Assembly (NCBI GenBank): GCA_004284765.1
Contig: NQJD01000021.1
Span: 8,758-40,757 of the forward strand
DNA length: 32,000 nucleotides
Origin: Candidatus Electronema aureum
Lineage (GTDB): Bacteria > Desulfobacterota > Desulfobulbia > Desulfobulbales > Desulfobulbaceae
Direction of reading: 5' to 3'
Below, piece after piece: positions 1 to 5,877 of the stretch (the stretch's first letter is position 1; each line of letters opens with the position of its first letter). The position numbers were made by a program, and so were the translations under genes. The notes beneath the pieces were generated by a model. It saw nothing but the letters and a program-made list of their open reading frames with translations, was not told where the DNA came from and did not search any database.

Positions 1-277
1 CGATTTCTTGCCGAATCCGGCAAAGCTGGCGCAGACCTTTTTTCAGGCCAGGGCCACGGAAGGAGTTGAGCGAGGTGCGGTTGGCCTTATCAAAAGAGGC
101 CTTGAAGACGTAAGCTATTTCTAATCGTTCACAAATTGCCTTCATTTCCCAAGCAATCTTCCAGCACAGATCACTATCCTCCAGCGCACAAGGGCCAGCC
201 ATCAGCAGCAGTGGTTGGCTTGGACCGATCTGAATGGCTTTACCGCCCGGCAGAGCGGTCATTTCAATATTTTTCAT
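1..277 (-). CDS. kdsA: KDO-8-phosphate synthase (2-dehydro-3-deoxyphosphooctonate aldolase), 5' part only; gene continues past the left edge
   Basis: Absent from the ORF track because the window edge truncates it. My reverse-strand translation from ATG 277-275 reads MKNIEMTALPGGKAIQIGPSQPLLLMAGPCALEDSDLCWKIAWEMKAICERLEIAYVFKASFDKANRTSLNSFRGPGLKKGL... The AGPCA-E and FKASFDKANR-S blocks are the conserved KdsA N-terminal signature. Confidence 0.85.
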   Translation of the reverse strand, partial: MKNIEMTALPGGKAIQIGPSQPLLLMAGPCALEDSDLCWKIAWEMKAICERLEIAYVFKASFDKANRTSLNSFRGPGLKKGLRQLCRIRQEI

Positions 278-344
278 GAAGCGCAGTGAAGATGTAAAAG
301 GAAAGGACGCTGCTCCGGCAGGCCGGTCAGTCGAGATGCGTAAT

Positions 345-373
345 ACTATACAGCCTTTACTGAGCGCAGGCAA
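345..373 (-). promoter_or_regulatory. candidate sigma-70 promoter upstream of kdsA
   Basis: Reverse strand reads TTGCCT (373-368), 17 nt, TATAGT (350-345), about 70 nt upstream of the kdsA ATG. This is a consensus match only. Confidence 0.3.
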
Positions 374-454
374 GCGCAGGAGAGACCAAAAAACGGAGAC
401 GGCTTTTGATCCTCCTCCATGAGGTCACCTCCGCCTGTATTCGTCGTAAGCTTT

Positions 455-815
455 ATGAAATCGGAACAATTTCACCTGCCCAACAAAAAGGAGCTTCAAA
501 CCAGCAGCAGTATATCCGAATTTGAAATTGTCCTCGTCGATGCGACCGAGCAACCGGTTGAACGCCCTCAAAAAAACAGCGGCAGCATTACAGCGGCAAA
601 AAAAGTGCCACACGCAGCGAGCGCAGATGATTGCTGATATGACTACGAAAATGATTTTTTCCATCGCTTTTTGCCTCGGCAGCAAACACGATTTTCCGCA
701 AACTTGAAGTGTTCCGCATTTTCAGCGAACAATCAGGAGAAAGCGTTTCGGTCTCCGCTTCAGCTTGATCGCCGCCATCTTCTATAACATGGGGCTAAAA
801 AATGCGGGCGAATGA
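455..815 (+). pseudogene. Decayed IS5-superfamily (DDE_Tnp_4-type) transposase remnant: multiple frameshifts and an internal deletion
   Basis: Consecutive pieces of one transposase lie in different + frames. KSEQFHLPNKKELQTSSSISEFEIVLVDATEQPVERP is in the frame of ORF 419..637. KKQRQHYSGKK (571-603) is in a second frame. KCHTQRAQMIADMTTKMIFSIAFCLGSKHDF is in the frame of ORF 522..707. KLEVFRIFSEQ (700-732) and IRRKRFGLRFSLIAAIFYNMGLKNAGE* (732-815) follow. In order, these match the blocks I recall for this family: LPGKK.L...E.V.IDATE.PIERPKKKQ..YSGKKK.HT.K.Q..D..T..I...F..G..HDF.LF ... FRILSERYRNRR.RFGLR.NLI..IYN. Two frame switches coincide with A7 runs (570-576, 598-604). About 100 aa of DDE core is missing between HDF and FRIFSE. 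Confidence 0.6.
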
Positions 816-816
816 C

Positions 817-1449
817 TTATGCAAGAGGTCTATCGTGTTTCTCCAAATTTTTTTGCCGCCTGAACCCCATCCCTAGCACAAAAACCTCGCGGCTTTCCAC
901 GCGGGAGCTTTGCGGCTTGATGATTTTAACCTCAGCGAAGAGCTGCTTGCATTCCTCGACAAAAGCGGGGAAATCCTCGCCCTGAAAGACCTTGCAGTAG
1001 AAGCTACCGTTCTCATGCAGCAGCAGCCCGGCCAGCTCCAAGGCCCGGCGCACCAGCCGCAGTGACTGCTGATGATCAGTGAAGCGGTTGCCGGTGGTTG
1101 AAGGTGCCATGTCGCTGATCAGCACATGAAAACCGGGCCAGTGTTTGCGCAACTCCACGACCAGCTCGTCAACATAGACATCATAACAGAGCCAGCGAAT
1201 TTCGGCATGGTCTTTTTGCGCCGGAATATCGGTGAGCTGGATGTCAACCCCCGCCACTACGCCGCCTTCGCCGATGATCTTGGCCGCATAAAGGCTCCAG
1301 CTACCTGGATGACAGCCTAAGTCCAGCACCCGCTGCCTGCGCTTGAGAAATTTGTGCTTCTTCTGGGCCTCTTCGAGCTTATACACCGAGCGGGCCGGAT
1401 AATTTTCCTTCTTTGCCTTATGAAAATAAAAATCTTGTTCTTTACGCAT
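817..1449 (-). CDS. rlmE: 23S rRNA (uridine2552-2'-O)-methyltransferase RlmE/FtsJ
   Basis: 210-aa ORF. Contains ARSVYKLEE, the SAM-binding VLDLGCHPGSWS motif, and VLISDMAPSTTGN plus SFYCKVFQGE, which are typical of the FtsJ/RlmE family. Confidence 0.9.
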   Translation of the reverse strand: MRKEQDFYFHKAKKENYPARSVYKLEEAQKKHKFLKRRQRVLDLGCHPGSWSLYAAKIIGEGGVVAGVDIQLTDIPAQKDHAEIRWLCYDVYVDELVVELRKHWPGFHVLISDMAPSTTGNRFTDHQQSLRLVRRALELAGLLLHENGSFYCKVFQGEDFPAFVEECKQLFAEVKIIKPQSSRVESREVFVLGMGFRRQKNLEKHDRPLA

Positions 1450-1783
1450 GAGATTACTTCAATAAAAAATGCTTAGTTATAAAATAAATCAACGAGCTGC
1501 CAGTCAGTCTCAGGGTGAATTCAACTTGTAAGTGCAACGTATGCTGGGTTGAGAAAAGAGTGAGTTGTGGTAGGATGATGGCTCGATTCTCACGACCAAG
1601 CAAGAGGAGCACGGATGAAGAACTCACCGAAGCAGAACGTAACCAAATTTACGCCTTAAAGCAAGCAGGAGATCAGAAAGGTGGATATAATCAGCAAATG
1701 CACGGGACTCAGCCAAGAGGCGGTGAAGCAGCTGCGCAACGGCGGCTGATTCATCTGTCAGCACGTTTTACGGAGGAAAGAAG

Positions 1784-2239
1784 ATGAGAGCAAAAGCATT
1801 GTCTGCGCTTGCAGCCGCGCTTATCCTGCTTGCGGCGGCAGGCTCCGCGCAAGCGGAACTTGGCTTCAGGAACAAAAAAAGTAAAATGCTGCACTTAGAT
1901 TGCAGCAAAAGCGTCAAGGGGCGTTTCGCCTACACCTGCTATGATCGTGACGGCAAAGAAACGCATCTTGACGAAGGGCAAGAATGGGAGTTGCTCAATC
2001 ATCAGCAAGTCTGCTTCCAGCACAACGGAGGTAGAATACGAACCTGCCATGAACTCAGCAAGCCCAGCAGCAGCGCAAAAAAGAGCTATGCCTGCTTTGA
2101 TGCCGGTGGAAAACAGTCTCCCTTCACGCTGGAAAAAGAATGGAAGCGGCTGGCTGGCGATGACAAAATCTGCGCTAAGAAGCTGAAGCGTTTTGACGTG
2201 CCACGAAACATGACCATGCCCAGTCTGAATCTTGAATGA
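1784..2239 (+). CDS. Secreted cysteine-rich hypothetical protein with an internal tandem duplication
   Basis: GGAGG lies 8 nt upstream of the ATG. The N-terminus MRAKALSALAAALILLAAAGSAQA|EL is a classic Sec signal with an AQA cleavage site. The mature part has 6 Cys and two similar units: FAYTCYDRDGKETHLDEGQEWELLNHQQVC and SYACFDAGGKQSPFTLEKEWKRLAGDDKIC. I recognise no family. Confidence 0.6.
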   Translation: MRAKALSALAAALILLAAAGSAQAELGFRNKKSKMLHLDCSKSVKGRFAYTCYDRDGKETHLDEGQEWELLNHQQVCFQHNGGRIRTCHELSKPSSSAKKSYACFDAGGKQSPFTLEKEWKRLAGDDKICAKKLKRFDVPRNMTMPSLNLE

Positions 2240-2247
2240 GGGAAGCT

Positions 2248-2883
2248 ATGCCACGCAGCGAAGCCGTTCCTTGGGCCGGGCTGATCGACATCGGCGCGAT
2301 CACCGGCGTTTCTGTGGCTCTGCTCTACACGGCGGGCTGGTCGTATGCCTACCACTATTTTCAGTGCTTTCATCTCGGCCTGATCGGTTTGGAGATCGAG
2401 CGCGAATATTTTCTCCTCTATGGCTTCTGGGTCTGCAAGGCCCGCTGGTGTTTGGCGACGCTCTGCCTGCTCGCCGCCTTCGGGCTGCCGCTGCTCTTGC
2501 AGCGGTGCTGGCAGCAGAGGCCGGAGCTGCGCTCTTGGCTGCGGGCCGTTGCGCAGACAGGCGGGCCAATCGGCCTGCTCCTCCTCTTCATCGTCTTTTA
2601 CCAGCTTGGCGCATGGACGGGCCAAGCCGACTTTGCGCGGGAGCAGCGCGGCGATTTTCCTTCGTATTCACAAGTGAAGGTTTGGCTGAAGGATGAGAAG
2701 GACAAACGGGGCGAGGCGTGGGCCAAGGGCTGCCACAGGCTGTTGCTGCGCGGCAAGGAGCAGCTCTATTTGTTCCGGGCGGACGGCGTGAGCGAGCGGA
2801 TTCCCACGGAGATTGTGCCGAACAGCGAGGTGGCGGCGGTGCGACTGCTGCCTTTATATCAGACGACGGATGAGTGCCGGTAA
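2248..2883 (+). CDS. Hypothetical integral membrane protein (about 3 TM helices plus a C-terminal soluble domain)
   Basis: ORF-track frame 2236..2883. I prefer ATG 2248 because AGGGA lies 4 nt upstream. ATG 2236 overlaps the upstream stop as ATGA and is an alternative. Hydrophobic segments are GLIDIGAITGVSVALLYTAGW, FLLYGFWVCKARWCLATLCLLAAFGLPLLL and GGPIGLLLLFIVFYQLGAW. Overlapping ORFs in other frames are R/A/P-rich and lack structure. Confidence 0.55.
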   Translation: MPRSEAVPWAGLIDIGAITGVSVALLYTAGWSYAYHYFQCFHLGLIGLEIEREYFLLYGFWVCKARWCLATLCLLAAFGLPLLLQRCWQQRPELRSWLRAVAQTGGPIGLLLLFIVFYQLGAWTGQADFAREQRGDFPSYSQVKVWLKDEKDKRGEAWAKGCHRLLLRGKEQLYLFRADGVSERIPTEIVPNSEVAAVRLLPLYQTTDECR

Positions 2884-2926
2884 ATAAAGGATTTTCTTTG
2901 GCGGAGCGAAGAAGACGAGCGGCATT

Positions 2927-3060
2927 TCACGCTTGCTCTGAGGCGTGGAATGCTGACAATGGGGCAAGTCAAGCGTGAAACGTGGCGTTTACGGCGTGAC
3001 ATGAGGCGCGGCAAGCGTGACGAGAGGCGTTTTTAGTTGGCAATGGGGCGGCTGAAGCTG
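2927..3060 (+). promoter_or_regulatory. Repeat array plus sigma-54-like -24/-12 element upstream of the TPR-CHAT gene
   Basis: The 9-mer CAAGCGTGA occurs at 2970-2978 and 3012-3020, with an inverted copy TCACGCTTG at 2927-2935, so spacing is 42-43 bp. A longer imperfect direct repeat, GAGGCGT-N10-CAATGGGGC-N4/5-AAGC(G)TG, occurs at 2940-2977 and 3024-3060. TGGCA (3038-3042) with GC at 3051-3052 has GG-N10-GC spacing like a -24/-12 promoter, though the -12 element is weak. Confidence 0.35.
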
Positions 3061-3098
3061 CCTGCTAGGGAAAACAGGTTGCACGGAGGGCAGAGGAA

Positions 3099-5864
3099 AT
3101 GAAACGGATTGCAAGGATTACGCTGATTGTTGCGCTGCTGATTGGCGGGATGGTGCGGCCTGTTTGGTGTCAGGAAAATGTAGACAAATACGTGCAAGAG
3201 CTTAACAAAAAGACTGCCAAAGCATTCAAAACAGGAGATTCGCAGCAAGGAGCAATCATTGCTGAACATGCGTATAGATATGCACTTGAATATCTGGGGC
3301 CAGAACACCCGGACACGCTGACTTCCATAAACAACTTAGCTACATTTTATACACTACAAGGCCATTACAGCAACGCAGAACCGCTTTTAAAGCAGGCTCT
3401 CCGGCTTAGGGAAAAGGTACTTGGCCGAAAGCATCCAGCTACTTTAACTTCCATCAACAACTTGGCCACTCTGTATAAATCGCAAGGCCGTTACAATGAG
3501 GCCGAGCTGCTCTACAAACAGGTTCTTCAGCTCAGCGAAAAAATACTAGGGATGGAACACCCGGATACGATAGTTTATATGACGGGCTTGCCAGTGTTGT
3601 ATCAACTTCAAGGTCGTTACAGTGAGGCCGAACCACTCTGTAAGCAGACTCTTCAGCTCAGCGAAAAAGTATTAGGGAAGGAACATCCATACACTATATT
3701 GTCTATTAGCAACTTAGGCCAATTGTATCAATCACAAAGCCGTTACAGCGAGGCCGAGCCGCTTTTAAAGCAGGCTCTCCGGCTCAGGGAAAAGGTGCTT
3801 GGCCGAAAACATCCAGATACTTTAATCTCTATCAATAATTTGGCTGTGTTTTACCAACTTCAAGGTCATCACAGTGAGGCAGAACCATTTTTGAAGCAGG
3901 CACTTCAAGGCGGGGAAGAACTATTAGGAAAAGAACACCCTGACACCATAAAATATGTCAACAATTTAGCCGCATTATACGAATCTCAAGGCCGCTACAA
4001 CGAAGTTGAGCCGCTTTTGAAGGAAGCCACCCAGCTCAGTGAAAAGGTGCTGGGCAAGGAGCACCCGGACACGCTAACTTACCTCAACAACTTGGCCGCA
4101 TTATACGGATCTCAAGGCCGCTACAACGAATCTGAGCCACTTCGCAAGAAAGCTCTTCAGCTCAGTGAGAAAGTGTTGGGTAGAATTCATCCACACACGC
4201 TTCTCTATCGGGAAAATTATATTTGGTTGTTAGTTAATACTGACCGTCCTCATCTCGCCCTGCGCTTGCTGCAAGAGCAGGAAAAACTCCTGCTGTCTCG
4301 TTCCTTTCAGGAGATCTACACCAGCTCCAGCGAAAAGGTGCGACGGCTGTATCTGCAATCAATAAGCAGGTTGCAGCACATCACTCTTTCTTTGGCACAA
4401 CAGCAGTCGAAAGAAGAATATCAGCGATATGCCGCCGAGATCATACTCCGCTGGAAACAACTCTATGCCGAAGAAAGCAGCATTCAGCATCGGCTGCTCA
4501 ATCTCAGCAATGACTCTGAAGCAGAGAAGCTGCGGACAGAGCGTACTGCTGCACAGGCCAAAGTGAGCCAAGCACTGCGCCAGCAGAACATCGCCGAATT
4601 GATAGAGAAAGCAAATCAGGACGAGACGGCTCTGCTGGCCTTAGCGCGGCATTTGAAAACCAGCCTTGAAGTAAAAGATGTGACGCTTGACAAGGTGCTA
4701 TCCGCCTTGCCGCAAGACAGCGGCCTGATTGAATACCGACTGTTCTATCCTATTGATTTCAAAACTGGCAAAGCAGAAAAACGTCATTTAGGTGCCCTAC
4801 TCCTACTTGCTAACGCAAAAGCAAAACAGCGTTTTCTTTTTCATGATCTTGGCACGTTAGCAGAAATCGCCAAAAACCGGGAAAAGACAGCCGGGATCTA
4901 CAACCGGCTTCTCGGCCCTTTTGACGAGCAAATTAAAGGGTTGAAGCAGCTTTACATCGCGCCAGATGGTCATCTCAATCTTCTCCCCTTTGTTCCGATG
5001 CGCCTGCCCGATGGCCGCTTTCTGGCTGAACGGCAGCAGATCAATCAATTGCAAACTGGCCGCGACCTGATTGAGAACAGCAAAGACTTTCCAAGAGGCA
5101 AGGGATTAGTGGCAATTGGCGGGGCAAAATATGTGCGCGATTCAATGCCCGCAGGCAAGACGGAGCCAGCTCAGACGCTTGTTGCGTATCAGCAACGCGC
5201 CGTCCGCGAGCTGGCTGAAGGCATCCAGTATCTGAAGGAAAGCAGGAAAGAGGCGGAAGAGATTTTCAAGAAACACGGAAGCAATCCTGAAGACCTGCTT
5301 CTCATCGGCGACGATGCCAGCGAATACAGCCTGAAACACCTCAAACAGCCGCCCCGCATCCTCCATCTCTCCACGCACGGCTTTTACCTTGGCGACGACA
5401 AAAAGGAAGACGGACTGACCGAACAACTCCGGGACGAGGCTCCGCTGCTGCTTTCCGGCCTGGCCCTTGCTGGAGCCAACAACTGGCTACAAGGCCGCGT
5501 GGTGGATTCGCACGGCGACGACGGCCTGCTTTACAGCTTGGAGGTACTCGGCCTCAACCTGCACGGCACGGAGCTGGTTTCGCTCTCCGCCTGCGACACC
5601 GGCAAAGGCGTGGTGGATTACTCCGAAGGCGTGTACGGCTTGGTGCGGGCCTTCCGCACCGCCGGGGCCAAGAACGTGCTGATGACCCTCACGCCGGTCG
5701 GCGACAAGTCCTCGCGGGATTTCATGGAAACATTCTACGACAACTGGCTCAGTTCAAAGAAGAACATCAGTCCTGCGGAAGCACTGCACGAAACCCGGCT
5801 GCAATTCATCCACGACAAAAAGCCGGTGCAGGACTGGGCGCCGTTTGTGCTGGTGGGGAAGTGA
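3099..5864 (+). CDS. TPR-repeat / CHAT-domain (caspase-like) protease with an N-terminal export signal
   Basis: 921 aa with a GGAGGG/GAGGAA RBS. The N-terminus is MKRIARITLIVALLIGGMVRPVWC|QE. It has about 8 kinesin-light-chain-type 42-aa TPR units (...LGxEHPDTLxSxNNLAxLYxSQGRYxEAEPLxKQAL...). The C-terminal CHAT domain carries His (ILHLSTHGFY) and Cys (LVSLSACDTGKG) motifs. Confidence 0.9.
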   Translation: MKRIARITLIVALLIGGMVRPVWCQENVDKYVQELNKKTAKAFKTGDSQQGAIIAEHAYRYALEYLGPEHPDTLTSINNLATFYTLQGHYSNAEPLLKQALRLREKVLGRKHPATLTSINNLATLYKSQGRYNEAELLYKQVLQLSEKILGMEHPDTIVYMTGLPVLYQLQGRYSEAEPLCKQTLQLSEKVLGKEHPYTILSISNLGQLYQSQSRYSEAEPLLKQALRLREKVLGRKHPDTLISINNLAVFYQLQGHHSEAEPFLKQALQGGEELLGKEHPDTIKYVNNLAALYESQGRYNEVEPLLKEATQLSEKVLGKEHPDTLTYLNNLAALYGSQGRYNESEPLRKKALQLSEKVLGRIHPHTLLYRENYIWLLVNTDRPHLALRLLQEQEKLLLSRSFQEIYTSSSEKVRRLYLQSISRLQHITLSLAQQQSKEEYQRYAAEIILRWKQLYAEESSIQHRLLNLSNDSEAEKLRTERTAAQAKVSQALRQQNIAELIEKANQDETALLALARHLKTSLEVKDVTLDKVLSALPQDSGLIEYRLFYPIDFKTGKAEKRHLGALLLLANAKAKQRFLFHDLGTLAEIAKNREKTAGIYNRLLGPFDEQIKGLKQLYIAPDGHLNLLPFVPMRLPDGRFLAERQQINQLQTGRDLIENSKDFPRGKGLVAIGGAKYVRDSMPAGKTEPAQTLVAYQQRAVRELAEGIQYLKESRKEAEEIFKKHGSNPEDLLLIGDDASEYSLKHLKQPPRILHLSTHGFYLGDDKKEDGLTEQLRDEAPLLLSGLALAGANNWLQGRVVDSHGDDGLLYSLEVLGLNLHGTELVSLSACDTGKGVVDYSEGVYGLVRAFRTAGAKNVLMTLTPVGDKSSRDFMETFYDNWLSSKKNISPAEALHETRLQFIHDKKPVQDWAPFVLVGK
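3246..4254 (+). repeat. Tandem 126-bp (42-codon) TPR-coding repeat array inside the CHAT gene
   Basis: Eight successive 42-aa units are visible in the translation. Some units are also similar at DNA level: 3381-3467 versus 3759-3845 lie exactly 378 bp apart and match at roughly 76 of 87 positions in my hand alignment. Confidence 0.8.
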
Positions 5865-5877
5865 ACTGACACCAGCC

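Noticed and set aside
234-422. 62-aa + strand ORF
   Set aside because: It overlaps the kdsA start on the opposite strand and has no motif or RBS. It is probably non-coding upstream sequence of kdsA.
425-685. 86-aa reverse-strand ORF with a GAGG upstream of an internal ATG (664) and a hydrophobic N-terminus, which looked like a small membrane protein
   Set aside because: It lies antisense to the + strand transposase relic, whose conserved blocks explain the sequence much better. It shows no family resemblance of its own.
2086-2696. Alternative ORFs over the 3-TM gene: 2086..2625 (-), 2232..2696 (+), 2300..2569 (-) and 2420..2677 (+)
   Set aside because: This GC-rich stretch is open in several frames. 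Only the 2236/2248..2883 frame gives coherent TM helices, a sensible RBS and coupling to the upstream gene. The others are R/A/P/S-rich. Some uncertainty remains because no homology is recognised.
1784-5864. Reading the TPR-CHAT locus as a known anti-phage system (gasdermin plus protease, CRISPR-associated Craspase, or CBASS/NLR-like)
   Set aside because: No gasdermin-like, Cas, cyclase or NTPase gene is adjacent. The neighbouring proteins are a signal-peptide protein and a 3-TM protein, and the CHAT protein itself appears exported. None of this fits the known cytoplasmic defence architectures.
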